Source: Lama glama | Lineage: Eukaryota | Assembly: GCA_028534125.1 (NCBI GenBank) | Contig: CM052817.1 | Span: forward strand, 34,908,001-34,972,000 | Direction: 5' to 3' | DNA length: 64,000 nt | Shown: positions 13,894-27,061 of the stretch, one piece after another | Layout of the letters: each line of letters starts with the position of its first letter | Position numbering within the stretch: position 1 is the first letter of the stretch | Notes under the pieces: model-generated | Told to the model about the DNA's origin: nothing | Databases searched by the model: none | What the model saw: the letters and a program-made list of their open reading frames with translations, nothing else | Program-made: the position numbers and the translations under genes

Positions 13894-14001
13894 ATCTTTG
13901 AACAGGTACTGAGTGAACTGGAGCCCCTGTGTCTGGCAGAACAGGATTTCATAAGTAAATTTTTCAAACTACAGCAACATCAAAGTATGCCTGGAACTAT
14001 G
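13894..14001 (+). CDS. EXOC1: EXOC1 coding exon (exon 13 equivalent), [36 protein letters not shown]
   Basis: ttcttcag acceptor, gtatgg donor; 108 nt, phase 0/0. Confidence 0.96.
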
Positions 14002-15171
14002 GTATGGCTCACATTTATTTATTGGCTAGTATTTATGATCTGCAGCATGATTAGCCTAATTAATATGTTGCCACAATTTCAATATCAAAACAGAAAAAGA
14101 AAGAATTCCCAGTGTAATGATTTTTTAAATAATTTTTGTCAACCAAGATGATGAAAACAGTGACTGAGTTTGGGCATCTAATCTAGTATCTTAGACTGTC
14201 TTAGACCTAAATATTCTCTAAATTAGTGAGAGGGGAAAATGTCTAAACTTACCTTTTAAAAAAAACACTTTAAAAAAATAATTTTAGTATTTTAGTAATC
14301 AAGAAAAAATAGAATTAAAAAAATGAAAAAGGTGTTTGAGTGTGTACTGTGATCTTAAAAAAAAATGAGAAAGTAAAAAAAAAATGGTGAGACCTCATAT
14401 CTTAATCATTCTTATGGTTTTGTTATTAACTAGCTATGAGACCTTAAACCAATTATTTAATCCCTGTTTTTCCTAATGTGTACAATTGGTATAATAATGC
14501 CTGTTTGTCATGCTCTCTTGTGGCATAAATAGAAGAAAATAAAATGAGAGATTTGACAGACTTTTGAAGAACTTAAAAGCACAGTGCAAATAGGTGAATT
14601 TTAAATTCAGATCATCTTAAAAAAGAGAACCAACATATAAAAAGCCATTCTTAAATGAATGAGAAATTAATTATTTCAAATGGTTGGAGATTTGTTGTTG
14701 TACCGGTAGTGAATTTGTTTACTTGTTAGCTTCTGTAAGAACTTGTGATAGCATTTTTTAATGCCAAAGTTTTATTGGAGTGATCAATACATTTCTTTAA
14801 TTTTTAAAATTCTCTTTTGAAAGTTGTCTCTAGATGTTTTTGATTTTTTGTTGAGCTGCCCTCCCATTCCTGTGACCTCTCTGAGCCTCCTCTACCTTCC
14901 CTTTCCCCCTTTCCCCTCACATGCACACTCACAAACACAACTTCTCGTGCCACAGTAATTCTCGGATAAAATCTGAGAACAAAGCTTTCCCTGAATATTC
15001 TTAAATATCGTACTGAATTATATAGTTTCATCAGTAATACTCCTTTTAAAGGCCATTATTTCTTACGATATATTCTCTCCTAGGAATTTTAAGGCTGAGC
15101 AGGCTTTTGCTATTTAAACTAGTTATGTTGTTGGTGTTTTATCATGTAAAGCACCTGAATAATTTTTGCAG

Positions 15172-15248
15172 ACTGAAGCAGAGGACCTTGATGGAGGAAC
15201 ATCATCACGGCAACATAATTCTGGCACACCACTGCCTGTTTCATCTGA
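15172..15248 (+). CDS. EXOC1: EXOC1 coding exon (exon 14 equivalent), [25 protein letters not shown](E)
   Basis: tttttgcag acceptor, gtatgt donor; 77 nt, phase 0/2. Confidence 0.94.
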
Positions 15249-15773
15249 GTATGTGTTTGTTACTATCTATTGTTTATTTTGAAAAAAATAAACTTGAAGT
15301 TGAGCAGAAAGGAGTGGTGCTCAGTGAAGAGTCCAGATGACTCTCCGTGACTGACAGCACTCAGAGCACTGACCAGTGTGCGCAGTGTCTTAGTAAACGT
15401 CTTACTGAATTAAAATTGGTCCTGTTTATGGCTCTTGGGCTCTTCTTCACTCTATAATAATAAAAATGCAATCAATTTTGATGTTTGCTGCTAGGAAGCA
15501 GCATTTGAATTGCAATGTATTTCTCAGAAATCACAAAGCACATTTCAGGACCCAGCCAGCCGTACAAATGACAAAGTTATTTTAAGTGAACTTAACTTCA
15601 AAAAAAGTTTATATTGGAAACCACTGTAGAATAATTAGTTCATCATATTTGGTCAGTGTTAGTTGAAATATCAAATTTTAGTCATTTCGAGTATACCTAA
15701 GGGATTAAAGTTAAAGATGAATACACCTGAAGCTTGTAATAACTCTTCTGTATTTTGTATGTTTTCTGAACAG

Positions 15774-16002
15774 GAAAGATATGATCCGCCAAATGATGAT
15801 TAAAATATTTCGCTGCATTGAGCCAGAACTGAACAACCTAATTGCATTAGGAGACAAAATTGATAGCTTTAACTCTCTTTACATGCTAGTCAAAATGAGT
15901 CATCATGTATGGACTGCACAAAATGTGGACCCTGCTTCTTTTCTAAGTACTACATTGGGAAATGTTTTGGTGACTGTCAAAAGGAACTTTGACAAGTGTA
16001 TT
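15774..16002 (+). CDS. EXOC1: EXOC1 coding exon (exon 15 equivalent), [22 protein letters not shown]...VKRNFDKCI
   Basis: gaacag acceptor, gtaagt donor; 229 nt, phase 2/0; overlaps ORF 15781..16032. Confidence 0.97.
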
Positions 16003-17799
16003 GTAAGTTCGTTTTTTTTTTTAATAAGTTGACATTCTAACCATTGCAAAAAAAATATATTTGAACCAAGAGATTTCCAGCTTTTCACTGGGGAATCTAC
16101 TGCTCACATCCCGAAAGCCTTGAAGCAGGTGTTGGCTACAGTATATACGAACAGAGTTAGTTGGATGGTGCTGTGCCAGCTAGTTTCCCATCTACACTGT
16201 GAATCTTGGCAAATTCTAGGGTAGGTGGCATAGAAGCAGCAGCTGCTTAAGAGATAATTGACTGATTAGTGACCATAGATGTTATAAAAGGTGAAACTAT
16301 CACTTGAATTTATTATTTTTATTTTTAATATACTCTAGTAAGAAAATTAATATTTAGATTATTTTAATTGAGTGTTTAATTATTTGTTTTATTAGTTTAA
16401 GAGTGTTAATTATCATACTGCTTTAAGAATAAATTGTTCTTTTAAGAACTTTTGACAATCATCATTTTCCCCCTCCTAATAGGAAAAAAAAAATCATTAA
16501 CAACTTTATTTTTTCTGTTAGGTTTTAGTAAGCTTGTAGGTATGAACTGGGCTGGGCCAGCTTCTAAAGAAAAGTTTTATTTTATTAATATATTTAGTAT
16601 GTGTAAGTGGGTAGTTACCTGAATTTTTCTATAACGTAACCTCTAAGTTAAATCCAGCTGTTGACTAGCCATAGACTAATGGGAGAAGAGTAAAAATATG
16701 AAGGACAATTAAAATTCATATCATTTTTTATACTTTTAAAAAATATTTACTGAGTTTCTGAAAGTTTAAAAGTGGTCTGTGTCCACTGTAGAAACTTAAA
16801 TGTCACCTCAACAGACTTGTTAATCCTCCTCCCTCACCAAATGATTTCACTTGGTTATTAAAATATTATGGAATTTGATCATTTAAGGCTTATCCTCTTT
16901 CTTACCCTGCCTTCTCTAGAGGTGGTGATAAATTTGGAAGGTCTGATTGCAAGCTGATAGTAGAAAGGAAAAGGAAGAACTACCAAGGCTAAGATAGTGA
17001 GTCCCACGTAACACAGCTGAAACGCTAAATCATAAGGACGCTATACATTTACAGAATATGAAGGTTGTGTTGCTTCTCAGTAAAATGTAACTTTCTGTAA
17101 TACCTCTCAACCCGATGGAACATAATTGTCAAAAGCATAGGATGGTCAGAGGAGTGTAGACATGGGTTCAAATCGAAGGCTGAGCACATAGCCTGCCCAG
17201 AATAAGAGCTTACCAGCTGATAGCTTGTAATGGTCGTGGTGGTAGTGGTGATGATGGTAATAGTAGTAATTAATAATAGTTTATTAAAGAATGTTCATGT
17301 TTCTCTCGAGTGGGAAGTGAAGAAATGAAGTAATACTAACCTAAACAAAGGTATAAACTTATATTTTCTCCTAAATTGCATGTCTTTCTAAAAGATCTAC
17401 CTTTTGTGACTAAAGGGAGAAGGATGTTTCCTTCTGCTGCCTGTTCTCACTCTGTGTTTTATTTTAACTCATGTCCTCTCATGGCGTCTGGTAGATTTTG
17501 TGTGCTCAGTAAGTGTTACATGTTTTAACACTTGTTATATGGGACAAGATCAGGACCTAGGGCATACCTTGAAAAGGTAATGAATGGGGGTGTGTGTACT
17601 GAGCCAAAAGCATGAGTGTCAGTTGACTGCAGAAAATGGAGCAGACAGCACCTGAGTTCGGCGCTTTCATCTGGTGAACATGCTCAAAGTGTTCCTCAAG
17701 GAACAGGGCTTAGAAGGTTAGCCTAGCACGAACTAGAGCTAAAGTTAGAAAGTAACTGACACGTTAAGTACCCCTAAGCTGCACTCTGCAGTCCAGTAC

Positions 17800-18298
17800 A
17801 TTTCTAGTTCTGTGAAAAACACCATTGGTATTTTGACAGGGATTGCACTGCCTTGGGCAGTGTGGTCATTTTGACAATATTAATTCTTCCAGTTGATGAG
17901 CTCAGTTTATCTTTCCATTTGTTTGTGTTGTCTTCAGTGTCTTTCACCGGTGTCCTATAGTTTCCAGAGTACAAGTCTTTTACGTTCTTGGTTAGATTTA
18001 TTTCATGGTATTTTATTCTTTTTGTTAGAACTGTAAATGGGCTTGTGTTCTTAATTTCTCTTTCTAATAGTTCCACAACAGATTTCTGTGTATTAAATTT
18101 GTTACCTCCAACTTTGCTGAATTCATCTGTTAGTTCTTAACAGTTTTTTTGGTGGTATCTTTAGGATTTTCTATATATAGTATCATGTCATCTGCAAATA
18201 ATGAAAGCTTTACTTCTTCTTTTCCAATTTAGGTTCCTTTTATTTCTTTTCCTTGTCTGATTGTTGTAGCTAGGAGTTCCAATACTATGTTGAATAAA
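17800..18298 (-). mobile_element. L1 ORF2 fragment (RT and downstream region), degraded
   Basis: ORF 17804..18076 (RIKYHEINLTKNVKDLYSGNY...GRINIVKM) is L1 ORF2-like; flanking sequence continues the similarity. Confidence 0.85.
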
Positions 18299-19148
18299 GA
18301 ACAGTTACTTGTCTAATCCACATATCATGGTTTTCAGGTTATACTCCCAAAATCGCAACACAGTGAAATTTTAGGTAAGAGTTTAAAATGATCCAATAGT
18401 ATTTGGCAATGTAATTCTTACTGTGACTATACCTAGATCCCATGAAATACACAGAACCATAATTGAACCCATGGATCATTTTGAACCCAAATGTCTAGAT
18501 TCTGTCTGTATGAAACATCCCTTTTGTATTTCGTCACCATCATACACAAGCACTTTGCTTAACAGATTTATACTAAGTAACTAATAGATACATGGAAAAC
18601 TATATAATGCAAATCCGTAGTAGAAATGCCTATTCTCTTTCACTGTTCTTATACCCCCAAAATAATAGAACTTCTCTAACCAAACAAATTTAGGTTGATG
18701 AGATTTGGAAATGACTGTGGTTCTCAAACTTGACCATCTGGCCACGAACCAGAAATAATCTGGAGAGATCCTGCGTATACTCTGTTATCTGCTCTGCCCC
18801 CAAATGAGGAATCACTGCATACTTATCTTTCATAAGTGATAGAAATGTTTATTGGTTGCTTTTACTTTGAACAAAGACTTGAGAGGTTCACAAGCTTTGA
18901 TTGAATTTTGTTTTAAGTAATTTAGTTTTTTCTCTAATTTTCTTAAATAAAATATATATAGTTTTCAACCTATAGAAATAGTTTTTCTTAGTTATCCCTA
19001 CTGTTATTCATCTTTAAATACTGATATTCCAAAATGTTCTAGGTACTAAATTATGTCTTGCCTCTATGATATATACATTTGCTTTTAATTATATGTTGTT
19101 TGTAACTTTTATAGGTGTTTCTCTCCCTTGCTTTCTTCCTAACCTTAG

Positions 19149-19332
19149 AGTAACCAAATAAGGCAAATGGAAGAAGTAAAGATCTCAAAGAAGAGTAAAG
19201 TAGGAATTCTTCCATTTGTAGCTGAATTTGAAGAATTTGCCGGACTCGCAGAATCAATCTTTAAAAATGCTGAGCGTCGTGGAGATCTAGATAAAGCATA
19301 CACTAAACTCATCAGAGGAGTGTTTGTTAATG
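19149..19332 (+). CDS. EXOC1: EXOC1 coding exon (exon 16 equivalent), [24 protein letters not shown]...LIRGVFVN
   Basis: ccttag acceptor, gtaagc donor; 184 nt, phase 0/1. Confidence 0.97.
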
Positions 19333-19558
19333 GTAAGCCTTTGTTACATTCTAAAGAACTTTTTGGTTGGTTGTTTCTGGTAACTGAGAAGTTGGGGGAC
19401 AGATATGTTCATTATTTTCCATATTCTATATACTTTTTTGAGTTTTCTGAAATTAAAGATTTCTTAAATTTGAAAAATTTACATAAAATCCATTCCTATT
19501 CATCAGGAACCACTTATATTTTAGGGTTCATAAGGGTCTATCACTCTGTAAAATTGAA

Positions 19559-19741
19559 ATTTTTTTTTATGTATATTTTTATTGAAGTACAGTCAGTTTA
19601 CAAAGTGTCAATTTCTGGTGTACAGCACAGTGCTTCAGTCATACATGAACATACATATACTCATTTTCATATTCTTTTTCACCATAAGTTACTACAAGAT
19701 ATCTAATATAGTCCCCTGCACTATACAGCATGAACTTGTTG
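19559..19741 (-). mobile_element. 5'-truncated L1 3' end
   Basis: T-tract then attgaagtacagtcagtttacaaagtgtcaatttctggtgtacagc, the same antisense 3'UTR motif as the L1s at 35294 and 60625. Confidence 0.8.
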
Positions 19742-20169
19742 TGAAATTCATATTTTTAAACACAAAAAATGACTCCCAGATTACATTTGCATTTTAGAGA
19801 GAGCCTTCTGGACATGATAGGCAGTGATGTCTGTGTAACCTTAAGCAAATCAACTTACTTCCTTAGACCTCAGTTTTCGTATCTGTCATATGAGGGAGAT
19901 TAATGCTAAAATACTATAATTCCTGTGCCAGATCACACAGTTAAGTTACAGAAACTGTAGATGTTCATTTAATTTGAAATAAATGATCTGATTGCATCTA
20001 TTCAGGAATTTTTAAAGCTAAAAGAAATTGACAGAAAATGGAATTACCTCACCAGTTACATGTAACATTTTCAATGGAAACAGGTGTAGGGGAAAGATTA
20101 ATAAATCATATGATTGGATGTTTATATAGTTGATATTTCTTTTAAAATTCAAAGTAGCTTTGCTTTGTC

Positions 20170-21270
20170 TGATAGTAAATAATTCATGCTCATTACACAC
20201 CCCCAAAAATCAGCAAATCGATTATAAAAATCAAGAAGAAAATAAAGATCATTTGTAATCTCATCATGCAGAGATAATATTCAGTTTTTATCCTTTCAAA
20301 CTTTTTAATATATCTCTTTCCCTGGTATACATGTGCATGTTGTGTGTGTGTGTGTGTATTCTCTAATATAAAAATTTTTATCATACTTTATACACTGTTT
20401 TGGAATCTGCTAGACTCTATAATTCTAGTGTCTTTCCTTACCTATCAATATAGGAACTATAATCATTTGTAATGATTGCATATTATCCTGTTTATCAGTA
20501 TTTATTTACCAGATATTTTATTAATAGGCATTTAGTTTGTTACTAGTTCCCTTTATATATTTTTGTATACATGTCCAATAATTTCCTTAGGGTTGGTTAT
20601 TAGAAATGGAATTACTAAATCAAAAGGTTTATGTATATGTCAAGGCTTTTGCCAAATTGCCACACAGAAAGGTTATACTAGTTTAGTGCTGTGAGCAGTT
20701 GGTGAAAGTTTCTGTCACATCTACACCAATACCCAATATTACTAGGTATTAGCAATCTTTTTATAGTTTGTCACTAATGCCCAGTATTACTAGGTATTAC
20801 CAATCTTTTTATTCTTTGTCAGCCTAATAGGTTATAAATCAGTTTTGTTTATGGTATGTTTTACCATGAAAGAGCTTTCAATTTTTTTTTTAACTGAGTT
20901 ATAGTCAGTTTACAATGTTGTGTCAATTTCCGGTGTAGACAAGCTTTCAAATTTTATGTCAAATTTATTCATCTTTCTCTTTATGACTTCTAAGTTTAGA
21001 GCCATTCTTAGAAAGGTCATACTATCATAAAATTATTTCTCTAATTAGCTTTATTTTTCTTAGTACTTATGATTGTATTTGTTTTTTACATTTTAAGTAC
21101 TTGAGCAATTTAGAATTTGTTTGGTTGAAAGATATGAAATAGAAATCCAAATTTAGTGTATTCAAAGGGACCAGCTAGCTGTCCTAACACATTTTGAGTA
21201 ATTCATCATTTCCCCACTGATTTGAAAAGCCGCCTTTATTCTCTGCTATGTTTCCATATATATGGGACTA
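20170..21270 (-). mobile_element. Ancient L1 (L1ME-like) remnant
   Basis: Degraded antisense L1 motifs (gaaatggaattactaaatcaaaagg, ccaaattgcc, ttccccactgatttgaaa); boundaries approximate. Confidence 0.5.
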
Positions 21271-21462
21271 TTTTAGAATATTTTTTATTAGGTTTAGGTG
21301 AATGTGAAGATCCTTCAATACAATATATTTTATCTTATTAAATCCAGCAGTGTATTTACTTCTTAAACTTACAAATTAAAAAAAAATCATGTAAATTTTT
21401 ATAGTTAACTATGGTCAGACTTACATCAGGATGTTGTTATATGTTTTCCATTTTCACTTTAG

Positions 21463-21662
21463 TGGAGAAAGTAGCAAACGAAAGCCAGAAGACCCCCAGG
21501 GATGTAGTGATGATGGAAAACTTTCACCATATTTTTGCAACACTTTCTCGTTTGAAAATCTCATGTCTAGAAGCTGAAAAAAAAGAAGCCAAACAAAAAT
21601 ACACAGATCACCTTCAGTCTTATGTCATATACTCTTTAGGACAGCCTCTTGAAAAACTAAAT
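21463..21662 (+). CDS. EXOC1: EXOC1 coding exon (exon 17 equivalent), [23 protein letters not shown]...GQPLEKLN
   Basis: cactttag acceptor, gtaagt donor; 200 nt, phase 1/0. Confidence 0.97.
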
Positions 21663-21789
21663 GTAAGTGTATTTTCATTCAGTATGTTTTTCCTGGTTTT
21701 GAACCTGTGTACAGTTGAATAACACAATAGACACTCACTTTAAATTTGCTCATGTGTTGATGCAGGAGAATAAGGAAGGAGGGCCTCAG

Positions 21790-22000
21790 ATCCTGGCGCT
21801 GCCAATGTGCCAAGACACTGCTAGATGTTTCATATACATTATTTCTTTTAATTCTTTTAAGCAATGATGTGCGGTAAGATGATACTATCCCCATTTTACA
21901 AATGAAGAAACTTAAAGGGAATAAAAGTTACAATAGCTGGCAAGTAGCAAAGCTGGGGGATGAACTCAGATTTAGATTCAGGCTTTTCCATTATACCAGA
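21790..22000 (-). mobile_element. MIR SINE
   Basis: Core motif atccccattttacaaatgaagaaact. Confidence 0.7.
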
Positions 22001-22329
22001 CTCTTCCATTTCTTACCTCATAAATGGTTAACCTTTATCCCTAGTTTAGATGAAGATTTTGAAAACTTTATTAAGATAAAAAGAAGACCTAAAACTACTT
22101 TATTCATTGCCTTTTTCTTTCCCTTCCTTTCTTGACTTGAGTCTTTCCTCGGTGTATGTCTGATTATTAAAAGTGAGAAATGATCATTTTAGAGAAGTTT
22201 GCAACATAGTAGAAGATTAAATGGACCCTTCTAACTAACTTTGCCCACAATGTGATTAGTATCTTTCATAAGTTTTTAACTTGAAATTAGAGTCAAATAA
22301 AAATTATATATATGTTTTCAACAGTTCAA

Positions 22330-23750
22330 GGAAATACTTAAAAGACATTTAATCAAATGCAGAACCAGTTCTTTATAAAACTTAAGAATAGCCAGATATT
22401 CCCTAGGGTAAAAGGTCGGTCTCAGACCTAAAGCCTACATGATACTTAACTGCACCATAGAAGCATTTCCTTTGAAAGCAAATTTAAAACAGAAACATTG
22501 ATAGATCCTTTATTATTTGACACTGTTATGGAATCTCTAGCCAATGCAATCAAACCTGAAACATAAAAGATTTTGAAAGGAGAGTCAAGATTATAATTAA
22601 CTGTATATAATATGTTGAAATTATTTTGTCTAGTAAAGTGGTAGGGGTTCAAAATAAATAGATCAAAAGCAACTTACTTCCTATATATTATAATAACCAG
22701 TTAAAAGTCTTTGTAGAAACAAAATTTTAAAAGCACCAGGAATAGTCTTGTCCAAAACATTACTATCAAAAAGTTAATAATTAAATGAAGAATAAATAAA
22801 TGATAATTGCTAAGAAAATTTTAGAGAAAAGTAATGAGAGGGGATCTGGCTTGTCAGTATTAAATCGTATTGTGTGATGCTCAAATAAAGACTTGCCAAT
22901 CAATATACATGTAAAAAAGTCAATTATACTAAAAGACAGCCCAAGAAGAATATTTGTAACAGTATAACAGTCAGCATATTTGATATAGAAGATCTTTTTA
23001 AACTCAATAAGAAAAGCACCAAAATCATGGTATGTAAATACATGATGGTTCTGATTGTACTACAAAGCATATGAAAAGCAGATTAACTTCATTTATAGCC
23101 AAAACATTTCAAAATACAGTGACAGATAAACTTTTTTCACTTTTCAAAATAGCAGAGATTTTTTTCAATTGTGATAATGCTGGTGATAGTATGCTAAGGT
23201 CACAGTCTCATGTACTGTTGACAGAAATAAAATTGATTGAACTTTTCTGGGAAGCAATTTGTGTATATGAAGAATCTTCCGAATACTTTAAATTATACTC
23301 CTCAGTTGAAGAATTATAACCCTAGAAATTTATGCTGCAAAGTAATCAGTAATGTGGGTAAATACTTATGTATGAAAGTTATTTATGACAACTGTGTTTA
23401 TAATAGATTTTTTTTTAATGAGTAGATTCAGCTAACTCCAAGAAAAAACTGAAAAATATTAAATACCTAATACTGGGGGGATGAATAAACAAATTGTAGT
23501 TCAGTTATTGGATAGAATATTATGCAGCCATTAAAATTTATACTTTGGAAAAAACAAAATATTAAATGGAAAATATACAAAATTATAATCTCATTTATGT
23601 ACTCACACATCAAAAGACTAGAAGGAAATCTTAAATGTTAACAGTGGTTATCCCATAGTGGTATGTAATAGGTGATTATTATTCTATTCTTTATATTTTC
23701 ACACATTGTCTAATTTTTACACAGTGAAAATATACTATTTTATAATCAGA
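22330..23750 (+). mobile_element. Ancient L1 (L1ME-like) remnants, sense orientation
   Basis: ctagccaatgcaatcaaac, gaatattatgcagccattaaaa and aatgttaacagtggttatc motifs typical of old L1 3' regions; boundaries approximate. Confidence 0.5.
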
Positions 23751-23817
23751 CTTTTTAAAAGATGTAAGTGATAATTAAAGCAGTTCTTAGCCATTCTTTC
23801 TTTTCATTTTCTTGAAG

Positions 23818-24012
23818 CATTTCTTTGAAGGCGTTGAAGCTCGAGTAGCACAGGGTATAAGAGAGGAGGAAGTAAGTTATCAACTTGCATTTAACAAACA
23901 AGAACTCCGAAAAGTTATTAAAGAATATCCTGGAAAAGAAGTGAAAAAAGGTCTTGATAACCTTTACAAGAAGGTTGATAAACATTTATGTGAAGAGGAG
24001 AACTTACTTCAG
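23818..24012 (+). CDS. EXOC1: EXOC1 coding exon (exon 18 equivalent), [32 protein letters not shown]...EEENLLQ
   Basis: cttgaag acceptor, gtatgc donor; 195 nt, phase 0/0. Confidence 0.97.
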
Positions 24013-24324
24013 GTATGCTTTAGTTCTTTTTATCATCCTAAATTGCACATCGTTATATATATCTTTTTCTCCAAAATATTCCTCTGAAATGCTACACATT
24101 TTCTAATTTTAGTACAGGAGGAAAATTCCATAAAGTATGGACCAAATTATGAATTGTGAGGAAGAAAGGAATATTTATATAACTTTATATGGCTATTCTT
24201 ATTTATTTAATTTTTTTGTTTTGAGGTCTTAAGTTGGTTTTCTTTTGCTTGGGGATGGGGTTTTTTCATTGCTTTTTTGTTTTGTTTCAGTTTTGAGGGT
24301 AGAAAGGAAATGGAATGGCATATT

Positions 24325-24600
24325 AGTACAGTGGAGTGATTCCGAGCATGGGGGTTGACGTTAGAAATGGGTTCATAATCTGGCTCCAGATAAAGCTGCA
24401 TGATTTAGGGCAAGTTACTTAACTTCTCTGAGCCTCAGTTTCTTTATTTGAAAAAAAGGAAATAATACCTCTCCTGTATAGTGGGCATTACTATTATTAT
24501 CATAGCCATTTTATACATGAGAAAATCAGAGCTCAGAGAGGTGAAGTATGTGACCATGATCCCATAGCTAGTGGATGGTAGACCAGATTTAAACCACAAA
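24325..24600. mobile_element. Two MIR fragments in opposite orientations
   Basis: ggcaagttacttaacttctctgagcctcagtttct (sense core) followed by ccatttttatacatgagaaaatcagagctcagagaggtgaag (antisense core). Confidence 0.65.
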
Positions 24601-25320
24601 TCAAGCCATTATATTTCATAAGCCATACTGAAAGGATGAGTGAGAATAATTCTGATTTTAACATCACAGAAGGCTTCACAAAGTAAAGCGTTTGTGTTAG
24701 CCTCTGAAAGTCAGATACTAATTTAACAGAAAAAGTAGTAGTAGTGGCATTCCAGATGGAAGAAATACCAGGAGCTAAAAGATGATGAACAAAAAGTGTT
24801 AAACTCTTTAGTAAATAGTCTTAAGTTGACTATTAGGAATTTAGGATTTATGAGATTTAGGGTTCGCAAGGAAAACTCCTAGAAGAATGTATTGCCGTAA
24901 CTGGCAGATAGGGATGATATTCCGAACACCCACCCTCACTAGGTTGTCATGAGACTTAAATAGGATAATACACACGTAAAGTGCTTTGTACTGTGCTGAT
25001 ATAGAGTAAGTGGCAATAAGTGTAACCTATTAATATGAGCTAATATGTCTGTATCATATTCTGTCTTGATATTTGTCCATATCTTAGTTCCACTTTCAGA
25101 TTATAAATTCCTTTGAATGCAGGTGATTGGTCTGACTCATCTTGGTGTCCTCTGTGGCATTAAGCAATGTTCTACATCATCAATTTCAGATAAAGATATT
25201 TTTAAATTTTCATCTGATGTGAAACTTCAGCCTTAACTGTTGCATTTCATTTAATCTCACTAGTCTTAGTTTCATACATAGTTGTGCACATCCACATCCC
25301 TATTGGATATTGGAACAAAT

Positions 25321-25567
25321 ATAATAGTAGCTAAAATGTAATGAGTGCTTATTGTACCAAACACTGTTCTGAGCACTTTACATACATTCACTCGTTTAAT
25401 CCTCACACAAAACTTATGAGGAAGGTATTATTATCATTATCCCAGTTTACAGATGAGGAACTTGAGGCACAGAGCAGTGAGGTAACGTACTCATGGTCAC
25501 CAGTCTTATGAGTGGAAGGAGCTAGGATTCTAGCTCCAGCATGTGTGTTCTTAACTATTATGCTGTA
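25321..25567 (-). mobile_element. MIR SINE, near full length
   Basis: atcccagtttacagatgaggaacttgaggcacagag core with typical flanks. Confidence 0.8.
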
Positions 25568-25664
25568 CTAAATTCTTAGAATGTCTTGATGTTATTTCTA
25601 CGTACTTGATCATGTATTATTTCCATTCATAGTTCAATGACTTTGATTTTCATTTTTACTATAG

Positions 25665-25817
25665 GTGGTGTGGCACTCCATGCAGGATGAATTTATACGC
25701 CAGTACAAGCATTTTGAAGGTTTGATAGCTCGCTGTTATCCTGGATCTGGTGTTACAATGGAATTCACTATCCAGGACATTCTGGATTATTGTTCCAGCA
25801 TTGCACAGTCCCACTAA
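25665..25817 (+). CDS. EXOC1: EXOC1 terminal coding exon, [50 protein letters not shown]
   Basis: actatag acceptor; 51 codons ending TAA at 25815-25817; matches the EXOC1 C-terminus. Confidence 0.97.
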
Positions 25818-26323
25818 ACCTTATAAAGGAAGAAAAGATAAATGAAAAAAGTATTCTGAGTACACCAGACACTATTCAAGAATATCAAACAGCTCTTTTG
25901 AGAATTCAGTCTTGAAATTTTGTGTATTACTAAATGTCAGATAAATGGGTAATACCATACCACAAATATTCAGGAGTGAAAATACCAACCTAGGTAGTAG
26001 TTTTATTTGCCCAATAGGTTGTGTACTAACTTAATGCACTTATTGCATCATAAATACTGTTAGCATTTTTCTATGACTGAACAGGAAATTTTCCTTTATT
26101 GCCTCACTTTTGTATTTGAGAGTGGTCATCCTGTGTGTAAGGCATTGGGAGTTCTTCAACTTTGACTAATTCAGTATTGCTTGCAAATCATCTAACTACT
26201 AAAATACTGTATAGAATTTTTTCCCTGTGTCTATCTAGTGTGTATATGAATAGGGATCTTGTGATGATCAGTTATAAACTTGGATTTTGAGGATTATGTT
26301 CCTCTGTGTAACAGTGTATCTAA

Positions 26324-26329
26324 AATAAA
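26324..26329 (+). terminator. EXOC1: Probable EXOC1 polyadenylation signal AATAAA
   Basis: First canonical AATAAA I found after the stop, ~510 nt downstream and before the repeats begin. Confidence 0.7.
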
Positions 26330-26523
26330 GAAATTTTCAAGAAAGTTGAAATTTGATACCATTATTCTTAGATCTGTCATATGCTATCATTTATGTAAAA
26401 GCAAGTTCTTATAAAACCAATCTATAAAAATTAATTACATGCCCATTACCATAAAACAGTTAAAAGTGTAATAAGATAAGAAATATAAAGCCATTAGCAT
26501 CAAAAATATTTAGCATTTGGGTA

Positions 26524-26683
26524 GGGGAGGGTATAGCTCAGTGGTAGAGCACATCCTTAGCATGCACAAGGTCCTGGGTTCAATCCCCAGTACCTCCATT
26601 AAAATAAATAAGTAAATAAATAATCCTAATTTCCTCCCCCCAAAACAAACAAACAAAAAAAAACACCAAATAAATGAATAAAT
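26524..26683 (+). mobile_element. tRNA-derived SINE (Vic-1-like) with target-site duplication
   Basis: ggggagggtatagctcagtggtagag (A box)...gggttcaatccc (B box), A-rich tail; TSD aaatatttagcattt (26504-26518) vs aaatatttagtattt (26684-26698). Confidence 0.9.
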
Positions 26684-26722
26684 AAATATTTAGTATTTAG
26701 GACTAAATCTAACAAAACATAT

Positions 26723-27061
26723 ACTATGGACTGAATTGTGTCCCTTCAAAATTCATATATGGAACTCCTAACCACCCCCACCCCTCGCCATGTAATTGAC
26801 TTAGAGATAAGGCCTTTAAGGGGATGATTAAGGTTAAGTGAAGTCATAAGGGTGGCCTTTCCGAGAAGAGACACCAGAACTCTCTGTCATGTGACACAGA
26901 AAGAAGCCATCTACAGGGCAGGAAGAGAGCCTCCTCAGAACCCAGCCATACTGGCACCCTGATCTCGGACTTCCAGGCTCCAAAACTGAGAAAATAAATT
27001 TCTGCGTTTAAACCACCCAATCTATGATACCTTGTTATGACAGCCTGAGCTGACTAGTACA
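26723..27061 (+). mobile_element. ERVL-MaLR solo LTR (MLT1A/B-like)
   Basis: tactatggactgaattgtgtccc...aaaattcata start, ggcaccctgatctcggacttccag, aaaataaatttctg, gactagtaca end. Confidence 0.8.

Noticed and set aside
19132..19148. U12-like branch sequence ttcctaac next to an EXOC1 acceptor
   Set aside because: The intron donor is gtaagt (U2 type), not gtatcct, and the motif is too close to the AG.
19333..19706. Long open frame continuing past the EXOC1 exon at 19149-19332
   Set aside because: Good gtaagc donor at 19333; the extension is low-complexity intron running into an L1 fragment.
26524..26596. tRNA-like sequence with A and B boxes
   Set aside because: Has an A-rich tail, a TSD and a second copy at 10608-10745: a SINE, not a tRNA gene.
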